From Eubacterium sp. (GTDB taxonomy: Bacteria > Bacillota > Clostridia > Eubacteriales > Eubacteriaceae): a DNA stretch of 64,000 nt. Under the pieces are notes generated by a model that was not told where the DNA came from, ran no database searches, and saw only the letters and a list, made by a program, of their open reading frames with translations. Positions 18,684 to 28,470 of this stretch are shown piece after piece. The translations under genes and the position numbers were made by a program. Location of the stretch: the NCBI GenBank assembly GCA_030524435.1, contig JAUNGS010000001.1:32319-96318 (forward strand), written 5' to 3'. How positions within the stretch are numbered: position 1 is the stretch's first letter; each line of letters begins with the position of its first letter.

Positions 18684-19298
18684 ATGAAAAAGATATTGAT
18701 TATCTTAGGTGGTGGACGGGCAAATGGCAACACAGCGCAATTAGTAAACGCATTTATGAAAGGAGCCAAAGAAGCCGGACACCATGTTGAACTGATAACA
18801 TTGAATAAATTGAAAGTAAATGGCTGCATAGGTTGCAATTCTTGCCGATACGGAAAACCCTGTGTTCAAAATGATGATTTTAATTCTATTGTTCCTAAAA
18901 TAAAAGAAGCAGATTTGCTTGTTTTGGCTTCCCCATTATATTTTTGGACTATATCATCTAAAATAAAGGCTTTCATCGAACGCTTTTATTGTATAGCAGA
19001 GGAAGATAGTACTCCGCCATTTGGCCGATATGAAAAGTATCCTGTACATGATTGTGCTTTACTTATGACATCTGCGGATAACTATTTCTGGACATTTGAA
19101 CAAGCCGTTTCTTACTATAATTTTGCTTTAATAAATTATATCGGTTTTCGTAATAAAGGTATGCTGTTGGCCGGTGGTTGCGGAGATACCAATGGAAAAC
19201 CACAAATTGAAAAAACAAATCATCTGACTGAAGGCTTTAAATTTGGAAACAGAATATACGCTGATGAGGAAAACGAAAAATGTGAGGAATTAACATGA
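18684..19298 (+). CDS. Flavodoxin-fold iron-sulfur flavoprotein / NADPH-dependent FMN reductase
   Basis: R..GNT, CIGCNSC....C..DD, ASPLYFW, KAFIER. Confidence 0.88.
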   Translation: MKKILIILGGGRANGNTAQLVNAFMKGAKEAGHHVELITLNKLKVNGCIGCNSCRYGKPCVQNDDFNSIVPKIKEADLLVLASPLYFWTISSKIKAFIERFYCIAEEDSTPPFGRYEKYPVHDCALLMTSADNYFWTFEQAVSYYNFALINYIGFRNKGMLLAGGCGDTNGKPQIEKTNHLTEGFKFGNRIYADEENEKCEELT

Positions 19299-19639
19299 GA
19301 AAAGTCAAAATTACTATTTTGAAAACAACATTAAACAAAAAACTTGCAGAGGAGTATGGAACGCCGGGATTAAGTGTTTGCCCGATGATGAAAGAGGGAG
19401 ATATTTTTTATGCTGATTATGCAAAACCAGATGGATTTTGTGATGAAGCATGGAAAGCTATTTATCAATACGTTTTTGCATTAGCACATGGGGCGGAAAA
19501 TGAACTTTTCTATTACGGTGACTGGATTAGAAAACCTGGAGTAGCCATTTGCAGTTGTAACGATGGATTGCGACCCGTAATAATGAAACTTGAAGCAACA
19601 AAAGAAGAAGCTGAACTCAATTATACACCAATCAGATAG
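19295..19639 (+). CDS. TIGR04076 family protein
   Basis: KVKIT, CP...GD.F, KPDGFCDEAW, CSCNDGLRPVI. Confidence 0.85.
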   Translation: MRKVKITILKTTLNKKLAEEYGTPGLSVCPMMKEGDIFYADYAKPDGFCDEAWKAIYQYVFALAHGAENELFYYGDWIRKPGVAICSCNDGLRPVIMKLEATKEEAELNYTPIR

Positions 19640-19783
19640 CAAAGCCATCCGAGCCAGCGGGTAGCAAGTAAACGGCTGCGCCGCTATTGACAGTCCCACC
19701 CGTCCCTGCTGGTGGGCAATCAAGGGGGAACAGCCTAAAGTGCTGCCGCCCCTCTCTATCATTCAAAGAAAGGGGGGAGTTCC

Positions 19784-19955
19784 GTGACCGAGGAAGAATG
19801 TCAGGAGTATATCCGGAGTACACATAATACCTACTGTAAAATCGTTATACGCCATGCGGCGATTGATAAAATTCTGAGTCTGCGCCAGCGTTGGGAACGG
19901 TACGTCCCTTTGATTATCTGATGGAGGAAAAGTTTGTCTAGTTTGCAGAGCAGTA
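19784..19955 (+). pseudogene. Frameshifted remnant of a conjugative-transposon sigma-70-like (Tn916 orf7-type) gene with its structured leader
   Basis: RBS AAAGGGGGG; reads EYIRSTHNTYCKIVIRHAAID...RWER, then shifted frame FDYLMEEKFV*; typical of Firmicute ICE regulators. Confidence 0.55.
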
Positions 19956-20116
19956 AAGCGGCGAGGGAGCAGTAAATCCGAAAAAGATTCACTGCTTTTT
20001 TGTGCTCATTTGGACCTATGTCAATATATTGGACATAAATTCACAACTGACTAAAATCTATAACAAAGAGGGTATCGCACCATCACCAAACGATGATTGT
20101 GCGATACCCTCTCTTT

Positions 20117-21496
20117 TTATGCCTCCGATACCGTCACCATCCTTCCCAGAGGCGCAATATCCTTTCTGTAAAATCTGAGCATCAGACCGAAGCCCACCGC
20201 CGCCGACAGCATGTCCGCCGCCGGTACCGAAAGCCAGACCATATTCAGGCTGCCCGTCAAAGATAAAAGCCAGGCCACCGGAATCAGCACCACATAGTTT
20301 CTCGACAAATCGATGAGCATGGCAGTAATACTGTGGCCCAGAGCCTGAAGGATACAATTGCTCATATTCCTCACCGCACAGAGCACGTAACAGCAGGTCA
20401 GCATCCGCATCCCCCAGATCCCGATCTCTATCATCTCATCGGTGGCGTTAAACATCCTGAGAAACCACTGGGGAAAACCCACAGAGAATACCGTGCCCAC
20501 CGCCATCATCACAGCAGCGTAGAGATAGCCATAGCGGATAGCTTCATCGATACGGCTTTTCTTTTTAGCCCCGTAATTGTAGGCGATGATAGGGATAGTG
20601 GCACTGCACAGGGCGTTTAGGATAGCGTAACAGAATCCCGTCACCCGACAGCAGACCCCAAAGGTGGCAACGGCGGTGCTGGAAAAACGATTCATGACGG
20701 CGTTATAATTGACCATCATCAAACTGGTTAAAGACATAATTAAAGCCGTGGGCATTCCCAGCACAAGGAGCTTTTGTATGGCTGAAAGGGGAGGCCGCCA
20801 GGCCGAAGCAAGCTGTACATCTCTGTTTTTTCTGATATTCAAAAACAGCGCGATGCAGGCTGCCGTCATCTGGCTGACCACCGTCGCCACCGCCGCTCCG
20901 GCAATGCCCATCGCAGGCGCTCCAAAATGGCCGAAAATTAAGATGTAGTCCAGAATAATATTCAGAATACCGCCGACGCCCTGGGAAATCATGCTGTACA
21001 TTGTCCTCCCTGTGGAGATCAGCATCCGCTCAAAGACCAGCTGGGCCATGGTCGCAATGCCCAGGCTAAGGTAAACCCTGAGGTACTGCACTCCTGCCCT
21101 TTGAATTGCCAATTGATCTGTCTGAAGAGCCATGTAGGGTGTCACCAGGAAGGCTGCTGCTAAAAAAGAGAGAATACCGCAGGCCAGCATAACCCACAGC
21201 GCCGCAGCAGCGGCATCGTTGACCTTCCGTTGATTTTTTTCACCAAGTCCCCGGGAGAGCATGGTATTCATTCCCACCGCAATGCCGCTGCCCACGGCAA
21301 TCAGCACCGTCACCAGAGGATTGGCAAAGGTGATGGCCGCCATGGCATCCTCGCTGATCTGAGAGACGAAGATACCGTCCGCCACATTATAAAGGGACTG
21401 CACCGCTGTGGAAAGCACCACAGGCAGAGCCATACTCAAAAGCAGAGACCAGACCGGCTGGGTTCCCATTTTATTTTCATCCATTTTTGCTGCCAT
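20117..21496 (-). CDS. MATE family efflux transporter
   Basis: MALP...SLYNVADGIFV, NIILDYILIFG..G.PAMGIAGAAVAT; ~12 TM. Confidence 0.92.
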   Translation of the reverse strand: MAAKMDENKMGTQPVWSLLLSMALPVVLSTAVQSLYNVADGIFVSQISEDAMAAITFANPLVTVLIAVGSGIAVGMNTMLSRGLGEKNQRKVNDAAAAALWVMLACGILSFLAAAFLVTPYMALQTDQLAIQRAGVQYLRVYLSLGIATMAQLVFERMLISTGRTMYSMISQGVGGILNIILDYILIFGHFGAPAMGIAGAAVATVVSQMTAACIALFLNIRKNRDVQLASAWRPPLSAIQKLLVLGMPTALIMSLTSLMMVNYNAVMNRFSSTAVATFGVCCRVTGFCYAILNALCSATIPIIAYNYGAKKKSRIDEAIRYGYLYAAVMMAVGTVFSVGFPQWFLRMFNATDEMIEIGIWGMRMLTCCYVLCAVRNMSNCILQALGHSITAMLIDLSRNYVVLIPVAWLLSLTGSLNMVWLSVPAADMLSAAVGFGLMLRFYRKDIAPLGRMVTVSEA

Positions 21497-21619
21497 TCTA
21501 CACCCTCACCTTCCTTAGCTCAATTGATGTCTTTATTATAATCCCACCGCTTTTGACGGGGAAGTTTCATTATGATACAATGGCAGAAACCTAAAGTTTA
21601 TGCATTTGGAGGTGTGTTT

Positions 21620-22501
21620 GTGTATAACAAAGATCTGGATACCTTTAAAATCGTCGCCGACAGCCACAGCTTCACCAAGGCCTCAGAACAGCTTTTTATC
21701 TCCCATACCGCCGTCATCAAGCAGATCAATCGGCTGGAAGCCCACCTGGGTGTCCAGCTCTTTCACCGCTCCAACCAGGGCGTTTCCCTGACCGCCGCCG
21801 GACAATGCCTTTATGCCAAACTTCCCGAAATCATCGCTTTTTCTCAAAAGATTTTCGACACGGTTTTAGACGTCCAGTCCACTGCCCCAAAAACCATCCG
21901 TGTTGGCGCCTCTCTGTTTTATCCCTGCCATATTTTCATGGACCTGTGGGATTCCATCAGCCTGCGATGTCCCCAATACCAGTTGAAAATCGTCTCTATC
22001 AAAGATGATGGTCAGCGCTTCTCCGGTCTGGGCGACGCCTACGATTTTTTAATTGGCCCCTACAATTCAGAGCTTCGGGGCACCGACTATCCCTTCATTC
22101 CCATCGGAGAATATCATTTTTGCATTTCACTGCCCAGAAGCCATCCTTTGACAAAAAGAAATGCCCTGACCTTTGAAGCTCTAAGGGGAGAGCCACTGAT
22201 GATGATGGTGTCTGGTACCAGCAGTGTCAACGACCGTATCCGCACCGAAATTGAACGAGACTATCCAGAAATCAGGCTAATCGATACCTCACCCAGCTAC
22301 AGTATCCGCACCTTCAATGACGCTGTAGAAAAAAAGCTTCCCCTGCTCAGCCTGGAATGCTGGCGAGAGGTTCACCCTGGCCTCATCACCATTCCTTTAG
22401 ATGAAGACTACACGCTGCCCTACGGGATTCTCACCGCCTGCAACACCAGTCCTCAGCTTAATGAATTTATCAATATTTTAAAAGAAGCACTTAAGCTCTA
22501 G
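21620..22501 (+). CDS. LysR family regulator, divergent from MATE
   Basis: SFTKASEQLFISHTAVIKQINRLEAHLGVQLF.R..GV.LT.AG HTH; GTG 21620 with GGAGG. Confidence 0.92.
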   Translation: MYNKDLDTFKIVADSHSFTKASEQLFISHTAVIKQINRLEAHLGVQLFHRSNQGVSLTAAGQCLYAKLPEIIAFSQKIFDTVLDVQSTAPKTIRVGASLFYPCHIFMDLWDSISLRCPQYQLKIVSIKDDGQRFSGLGDAYDFLIGPYNSELRGTDYPFIPIGEYHFCISLPRSHPLTKRNALTFEALRGEPLMMMVSGTSSVNDRIRTEIERDYPEIRLIDTSPSYSIRTFNDAVEKKLPLLSLECWREVHPGLITIPLDEDYTLPYGILTACNTSPQLNEFINILKEALKL

Positions 22502-22522
22502 CTTAACAGGGAAGGATACTGC

Positions 22523-22571
22523 AAAAAGCGCGCAGAAGAACGGTGTATTACCGCCATTCTGCGCGCTTTTT
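22523..22571. terminator. Bidirectional terminator hairpin (related copy at 23963-24008)
   Basis: AAAAAGCGCGCAGAA...TTCTGCGCGCTTTTT. Confidence 0.8.
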
Positions 22572-23778
22572 AATCTTCTCTCTGAAGAAGCCAATCCGCA
22601 ATATTACAAATCTCTATACCTTCATAGGTATATCTTGGATGCCTTGTTCTTGCAATAATTTTCTTTGAATAGGCATCCCGTATACTTAAGAGTGGAGTAA
22701 TCTCTCTTTTAAAGGTGTTCTCATCCGCAATATTGTCACTGACCTGGATATAGATCTTTTCACTGCCGCGCTGGGCCACAAAATCCACTTCCTTCTGGTA
22801 TAGCTTTCCCACATAGACATCAAAGCCTCTGCGCAGAAGCTCTATACAGACAATGTTTTCATAACTCCGTCCATAATCCATATTTCTGCTGCCCAAAACG
22901 GCATACCTGATCCCCAGGTCACACAGATAAAACTTATCTAAAGATTCCAGATATTTTTTTCCGCGAATATCGTAGCGTTTGACATCATAAAACACAAAGG
23001 CGTTACAGAGATAACGAATATATTTTCCAATGGTCGTGTGATTCGTCGGAATATTGTTGGCAGACAGGATACCACTCACTTTGTTGGGGGAGGTCAGATT
23101 ACTGACATTATCCATCAAAAATTCGCTGAGTCGCTGCAACACCATGGTATCTGAAAGATTGTATTTCTGCACAAGATCTCTGGTTACAATGGTTTCATAA
23201 ACCTCTTTAATATAATTCGACCGGTCTTTTTCCACTTGGTATTCATAAGACCCTGCCAAACCGCCGCTTATAGTATACGCATCAAAAAGCTGCTCTATAT
23301 CTCCGCTTCCGCTGTCTTTGTAGTAATCACAGTATTCTTCAAAGCTAAAAGGAAATACATGAAGGGAAATATATCTTCCGGTAAATAGGGTTGCCAAATC
23401 TGCACTTAATAAAAACGCATTTGAGCCTGTAATATAGATATCGTATTTACGTTTTGAATATAGGCTGTTAATTGCCAATTCAAAGTCCGGACACATCTGC
23501 ACTTCATCTACAAAAACATAATTTGCTACCCCCTCCAAATAATGTGCTTCCACATATGTATGCAGGGCGCGATACTCTTTAATTTTCTCAAAGTCCAGAT
23601 CCATATAATCGATATAAATAATATTCGCATTTTTAACATGCTTTCGAAGATACTCGATATAAGCCAGCATCAACTGGGATTTCCCAGAACGTCTAATTCC
23701 TGTAATGATCTTTATATCCGGCGTATCCTTTAAAGCGATGATTCGGTCCAAATATCTTTTTCGTACGATTGTTTTCAC
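22570..23778 (-). CDS. AAA_14 ATPase with DUF4143 domain
   Basis: GIRRSGKS, FVDEVQ, TGSNA.LLS, KFYLCDLG, EVDFVA..YIQVS. Confidence 0.9.
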   Translation of the reverse strand: MKTIVRKRYLDRIIALKDTPDIKIITGIRRSGKSQLMLAYIEYLRKHVKNANIIYIDYMDLDFEKIKEYRALHTYVEAHYLEGVANYVFVDEVQMCPDFELAINSLYSKRKYDIYITGSNAFLLSADLATLFTGRYISLHVFPFSFEEYCDYYKDSGSGDIEQLFDAYTISGGLAGSYEYQVEKDRSNYIKEVYETIVTRDLVQKYNLSDTMVLQRLSEFLMDNVSNLTSPNKVSGILSANNIPTNHTTIGKYIRYLCNAFVFYDVKRYDIRGKKYLESLDKFYLCDLGIRYAVLGSRNMDYGRSYENIVCIELLRRGFDVYVGKLYQKEVDFVAQRGSEKIYIQVSDNIADENTFKREITPLLSIRDAYSKKIIARTRHPRYTYEGIEICNIADWLLQRED

Positions 23779-23788
23779 GGCCCACCCA

Positions 23789-24039
23789 CTTTCAAAACTT
23801 TAAAATTTTTAGTTTTTTGAAATCAGTTGGATTATATCATTTCAATATCACAAGTTCAACGTCTCCACTTTCGAAACTTTAATTTTTTTTATTTTTCGAA
23901 AGTCATTTTTGCTCTATTTTTTATTTGCAGCATATTTCCTAAAGACTTCGGGGATACACTATAAAAATGCGCAGAAGCTCAGCATCCTGCTGAACCTCTG
24001 CGCGCTTTCGAAACTTTAAAATTTTTCATTTTTTGAAAG
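23789..24039. promoter_or_regulatory. Three ~35-bp imperfect palindromes (putative operators) around the AAA_14 gene promoter
   Basis: CTTTC(G/A)AAACTTTAA..TTTT...TTTT(C/T)GAAA at 23789, 23868, 24005; promoter TTGAAC-17-TATAAT at 23859-23831. Confidence 0.65.
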
Positions 24040-24121
24040 TCGCTTTGCTGCGACGTTTTTAATACTTTACTGCACAGCTCTCCTTGATTTTGTGGGTATA
24101 TCTATACAGCAGGTAATACAG

Positions 24122-24665
24122 CTAATCCTCAGGGTGGTCGATCAATGCCTGTTCCAGTTCACCCTCATATACATGAGTATCCGGCTGAATTTGCAAAAAT
24201 TCCATCACATAAGGGTCTTTGATTATTTTTTCATATTCAGCTTTGGGTTCCGTCGTTTGAATTTCCTTTAAAACAGCAGCCTTGTCCTGGCTTGCTAAAA
24301 TCCTCTGGTAGTACATTGTGTTGATCTGTCGTTCCAACTGTCGGACACTCCACGCAGACTTTACACATTCCTCCATATAAAAAATTCGTGCCTGCTCATC
24401 TGATACACGCATCAGAAGGCGATAATGCGACCAACTTAATTCAGGACACAGTGTGTCTCGAATTGGGAAAGTGCAATAAAACTGTCGCATCTTGCGAAGA
24501 TTCGATTTATCAAATCCTTTTCCAAATTCAGCAGTCAACTGATCTGAAAGATAGTCTAACAATTTTTTCCGTATGCGGCTCTGTCATTTTCTCCACAGGC
24601 TTTATAAATCTGTTCCCCAATTTCCAAATAAGTTATCACCATTGCGGAGTTCACCGCAGCGTTTA
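24122..24665 (-). pseudogene. DUF1016/YhcG (PDDEXK nuclease) pseudogene
   Basis: FGKGF..SNL..MRQFY, LSWSHY..L, WSVRQLERQI, IKDPYVMEFL; upstream frameshifted AVNSAMV..YW; C-terminal nuclease domain missing. Confidence 0.82.
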
Positions 24666-24754
24666 ACTTGTGGTGTGCTGATACAATATACCATGAAATC
24701 AAGAGAAACAAGTGATGTGTTTTTTACACCCCAGAGCATCTAAGGAAACGGTGA

Positions 24755-25705
24755 TTAAATCAACATCTCCTCAGATTGCTGTGAAAATGTCAGGCGCCCC
24801 AAAATCTCCCCAACATCCCCATCAATACAGATCGACCTGTCCTCGATCTCCTTGGGGGCATAGGCGTCACCGTAGTTGAGGCAGGCGTAGACAGCCTTGG
24901 GATTTTTGTCCGTCATCTGCCAGAAGGCATATTTTATGATGCCGGGCGTATTATATCCGACCCCCAGCTCCAAAAACAGTATTTTCATTCCTTCATGCCT
25001 TCGGATAAACTCTGAGTACCGCATGGCCGCCGTATGCCAGCCCTCGTCCTCCACAAAGGTATTGTCTGCCCGAAGATTCATTGTCATGGGAGCGCCACAT
25101 TTTGGACAGTGGGGGATAAGCGCCGTCGGAACGGCCATCTCAGGCTTTGTTCCCTCGGGCAAAAACAGCTGACCTGTCCCATCGATTTTATACCCCTGGG
25201 CCTCGACCATCGCTTTAATAATTTCCTCGTTGTCATAAGTTTCCTGATGACAGGGGACACTGCACTGAAAGAGTCCGTAATCCCCCTGGGTGTAGAACAG
25301 CCGGTGCTTGTCAAAGCCCGCCTTCTGGAAGCAGTGATCCACGTTGGTGGTCAGCACGAAATAATCCTTATCCTGAACGAGGTTGTAAAGCCTGTTGTAC
25401 ACGGGCTTCGGGGCGTCCATATAGCGATTGATATAGATATACCGGCTCCAATAGGCCCAGTGCTCCTCCAGGGTATCGTAGGGATAGAAGCCCCCGGAGT
25501 ACATATCCCTGAAGCCGTATTTATCCGCAAAATCGCCAAAATAGCGGCGGAAGCGCTCTCCGGTGTAGACGTAGCCCGCCGAGGTGGAAAGCCCTGCGCC
25601 AGCGCCGATAACAACGGCCTCCGCCGCTTCAAGGGACTCCTTTAAATGTCTTATTTTATCCGAGTAATTGTCTGTAAATTTCATAATCCGTTTCCTTGAA
25701 AACAT
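24755..25705 (-). CDS. Class M sirtuin (SirTM), NAD-dependent protein ADP-ribosyltransferase
   Basis: GAGAGLS, TTNVDH, YTQGDY (Gln in place of canonical His), CSVPC/CPKC zinc, NLR, LELGVG; overlaps macrodomain gene. Confidence 0.88.
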   Translation of the reverse strand: MFSRKRIMKFTDNYSDKIRHLKESLEAAEAVVIGAGAGLSTSAGYVYTGERFRRYFGDFADKYGFRDMYSGGFYPYDTLEEHWAYWSRYIYINRYMDAPKPVYNRLYNLVQDKDYFVLTTNVDHCFQKAGFDKHRLFYTQGDYGLFQCSVPCHQETYDNEEIIKAMVEAQGYKIDGTGQLFLPEGTKPEMAVPTALIPHCPKCGAPMTMNLRADNTFVEDEGWHTAAMRYSEFIRRHEGMKILFLELGVGYNTPGIIKYAFWQMTDKNPKAVYACLNYGDAYAPKEIEDRSICIDGDVGEILGRLTFSQQSEEMLI

Positions 25706-26429
25706 TAAAAATCACCTTCATCGCATCCTGGGTTTCCCTTTGATACGCCCTGACGGTCTCGACCGCAATCTCTGCCGCCCGGGCCCCTGGGAAGTGGAAT
25801 TCCCCTGTAGAGATACAGCAGAAGGCGATGCTCTCCAGCTGGTTTTTCTCTGCAATTTCCAGGCAGGAACGGTAGCAGGCGGCCAGCAGGTCTTCATCCC
25901 TCTGGGTCAGTCTGCCCTGGATGATGGGGCCGACGGTGTGAATCACATACCGGCAGGGAAGATTGTAGGCCGGCGTAATTTTGGCCCTGCCCGTCGCCTC
26001 CTCATGGCCCTGCTTTTCCATAATTTCGGCACAGGCCAGACGCAGCTGTACGCCGGAGAAGGTGTGGATGGCGTTGTCGATGCAGCCATGGTTGGGGCAG
26101 AAGCAGCCCAGCATCTGGCTGTTGGCGGCGTTGACGATGGCGTCGCATTTGAGGGTGGTGATGTCGCCCTGCCAGAGATAGATCCCCGGCTCCACGGGCT
26201 CGAGCGCCTTGTAATCTGTGATGCCCTTGGCGCTGGTTTCCGCCTGCAGATAGGCATCCTGAATTTTTAAAAATTCCTCATCTGCGGGCTGGGGCCCTCT
26301 GACATTGAACAGCGCCCGCAGCAAATGCTTTTGGTCCTGGCTGTTTTGGGGAATTTCCACGTCTGCATACTGGGGCTGCTCCTTTAAAAGTGCTCTAATT
26401 AAATAATTTCTTCTTTCACTCTGGGTCAT
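25656..26429 (-). CDS. Zn-macrodomain protein-ADP-ribose hydrolase
   Basis: WQGDIT, AIVNAAN, GCFCPNHGCIDNAIH (C-x-x-x-x-H-x-C zinc loop), HTVGP, CISTGEF.FP. Confidence 0.92.
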   Translation of the reverse strand: MTQSERRNYLIRALLKEQPQYADVEIPQNSQDQKHLLRALFNVRGPQPADEEFLKIQDAYLQAETSAKGITDYKALEPVEPGIYLWQGDITTLKCDAIVNAANSQMLGCFCPNHGCIDNAIHTFSGVQLRLACAEIMEKQGHEEATGRAKITPAYNLPCRYVIHTVGPIIQGRLTQRDEDLLAACYRSCLEIAEKNQLESIAFCCISTGEFHFPGARAAEIAVETVRAYQRETQDAMKVIFNVFKETDYEIYRQLLG

Positions 26430-26431
26430 TT

Positions 26432-27016
26432 TTACACCTCGCCTTCCACAATTTTAACCCGTCCAGGCTTTCTTGGCTTGGTATGGGGTTCTTCACCATC
26501 CAAATAGCCTAAAATCACAAAACAAATCGCCGAATAATTTTCGGGTACCTCCCATTGTCTGAGCAGGGCCTGGCCCGCATCGCTGGCGAAGGTTTCTTCC
26601 CCCCGGGAGATGATACAGGAGGCAATGCCCAGCTCCGTGGCCTGAAGAATCATATTCTCCGCACAGCAGAAGGCATCGGCAATTCGGAACATGAAATTGT
26701 TTTGTCCAAAGATGGCGATGACGGCGGGGGCGCCGTAAAAGCCATTTTTAATGGTCGGATCGTCGATGTTGCTGGGCTGCTCCTTGGACACATAGGACCC
26801 CGCCAGATTACTGCGGTCAAATGTCGCCAGGTTCATGATGCCGATTTTGGTAGTTAAAGCCTGATCTCTGACGCCCACCAGCATGCTTCGCTGGCCGCCG
26901 CCGGCGTTGGGGGCAAAATTGCCGGCCTCCAAAATCTTCTCTAGGTCCGCTCTGTCTATCTGTTTGTCCGTATATTTTCTAATTGAGTGTCTCGCTTTTA
27001 TAATATCCATTAACAT
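26432..27016 (-). CDS. Nitroreductase family flavoprotein
   Basis: RHSIRKY, AGNFAPNAGG.Q, AENMIL.A..LGI.SC. Confidence 0.9.
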   Translation of the reverse strand: MLMDIIKARHSIRKYTDKQIDRADLEKILEAGNFAPNAGGGQRSMLVGVRDQALTTKIGIMNLATFDRSNLAGSYVSKEQPSNIDDPTIKNGFYGAPAVIAIFGQNNFMFRIADAFCCAENMILQATELGIASCIISRGEETFASDAGQALLRQWEVPENYSAICFVILGYLDGEEPHTKPRKPGRVKIVEGEV

Positions 27017-27028
27017 GGCTTTTCCTCC

Positions 27029-28063
27029 TTAGCCTACTTCCTTCCAGCACTGGGGATCTGCGCTGTAGAAGTTTCCCGTCTTGCCGTTTGCCACCGCAGG
27101 GCAGCCCCGGCAGAAGGCCAGCAGCTCACATTTGCTGCATTTTTCAAATTTCGTGTAATCCCGGTAATTCTCCATCTGACAGGTCCAGACGTCCGCCAGG
27201 CGGTCGGTAAACACGTCTCCAACCCGGCTGTTCTGCACCCGCCGGCAGGCAAAGACCTCGCCGGTGGGCAAAATGGTCAGATGACAATTGCCGCAGTTGC
27301 ATCCGCCGTAGATCATGCCCTCCTCCACTGTATCGGGAAGCTTAAAGGTCCCGGTTTCGTATTCGTACAGGGTCCACAGATGATCCTTTTTATTAAAATA
27401 GGTATCACAGCCCGCCGCCTCGTAGGCCTTGAATTTCTTGTCACAGCGGGCCAAAAGCGCACGGTAATCGGTGGGAAAGATGGCTGTATCCTTTTCCTCG
27501 CTGGTGGGACAATACCGGGCAAAGGCAAAGACTTTTACCTTGTGGGCCACCACCGTATCGATGATGTCGGGGATCTCCTCGATATTGGTACCCGAAACCG
27601 TCGTCATGACCACGCTCTTGATGCCTGCGCGGTTGAGACAGCCAATCTTTTCCAGGGTGATGTCGAAGCTGCCCGGCTTTCTGAACCAGTCGTGGGTGTC
27701 GCGCATGCCGTCCAGAGACAGCTGGTATTTTTCACAGCCGAGGTCCTTTAATTTTTTGCACACCACATCGTCCAGATGAAAGGGATTGCCAAGGATCGTA
27801 AAGGGAATGGCGTGTTCTTTCATAAGTTCGAGGAGCCGCCAGAAATCCGGATGTAAAATGGGATCCCCGCCGGTGATGTAAAAATAGGGGAGACGGCCGT
27901 AGACCTCGCAGAAATCCAGGCAATTGTAGAAGGTCTCCTCCATCTGTGCCCAATTCATAGACACCAGCTTTTTGCAATTGTCCTCTGAAAAGATATAGCA
28001 GTGCTTGCACCGCTGGTCACAATCGTCAGTAATATGCCATTGAAAAGAAAAATACTGTTTCAT
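27029..28063 (-). CDS. Radical SAM/SPASM peptide maturase, ACGX system
   Basis: CDQRCKHC motif, ITGGDP, SLDG; SPASM cysteines CNCGNC..C..CSKC.....C.GC.....DPQC; adjacent ACGX peptide. Confidence 0.9.
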   Translation of the reverse strand: MKQYFSFQWHITDDCDQRCKHCYIFSEDNCKKLVSMNWAQMEETFYNCLDFCEVYGRLPYFYITGGDPILHPDFWRLLELMKEHAIPFTILGNPFHLDDVVCKKLKDLGCEKYQLSLDGMRDTHDWFRKPGSFDITLEKIGCLNRAGIKSVVMTTVSGTNIEEIPDIIDTVVAHKVKVFAFARYCPTSEEKDTAIFPTDYRALLARCDKKFKAYEAAGCDTYFNKKDHLWTLYEYETGTFKLPDTVEEGMIYGGCNCGNCHLTILPTGEVFACRRVQNSRVGDVFTDRLADVWTCQMENYRDYTKFEKCSKCELLAFCRGCPAVANGKTGNFYSADPQCWKEVG

Positions 28064-28116
28064 CTCATGTCCTCTTCATCTATATAAAATCGGTTTAACC
28101 GAGGGTATTTTCGTTT

Positions 28117-28144
28117 TTTCCGGCGGAATGGGTGCCGCCGGAAA
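28117..28144 (-). promoter_or_regulatory. GC-rich stem-loop between precursor and maturase
   Basis: TTTCCGGCGG-8nt-CCGCCGGAAA; followed by an A-run, not a U-run, on the transcribed strand. Confidence 0.6.
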
Positions 28145-28164
28145 GCTTTCTTACTGCGAAGCTC

Positions 28165-28350
28165 CTACTTGTCAGAAGCGCCACAGGCAGAACCACAGGC
28201 CGCCGGGGCTGCTTCCGGTTTGTCAGAAGTGCCGCAGGCAGAGCCACAGGCCGCCGGAGTTTCCTCGGGCTTATCCGAAGCGCCGCAGGCGGTACCACAG
28301 GCAGAAGCCTTTGTTTCTTTGTTCCATCCGAATAAATTTGAAAGTGACAT
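28165..28350 (-). CDS. ACGX-repeat RiPP precursor peptide (61 aa)
   Basis: Leader MSLSNLFGWN plus three ACG(T/S)ACG(A/T)SDK repeats, 6 Cys; RBS GGAGG. Confidence 0.9.
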   Translation of the reverse strand: MSLSNLFGWNKETKASACGTACGASDKPEETPAACGSACGTSDKPEAAPAACGSACGASDK

Positions 28351-28428
28351 TGTATTGACCTCCGTTAGGTTAATTCAGAAGACAGTATCGCCCTCTGTGA
28401 TTTCTATTTTACGGATTTTTCTGGCTGC

Positions 28429-28470
28429 CACAAGTACGCACAATTTTATTACCTAGTTACCTTTTTGTAA
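28429..28470. promoter_or_regulatory. Putative HxlR-family binding site
   Basis: CACAAGTACGCAC (reverse complement identical to 18608-18620) plus GTTAC-N5-GTAAC palindrome. Confidence 0.55.
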
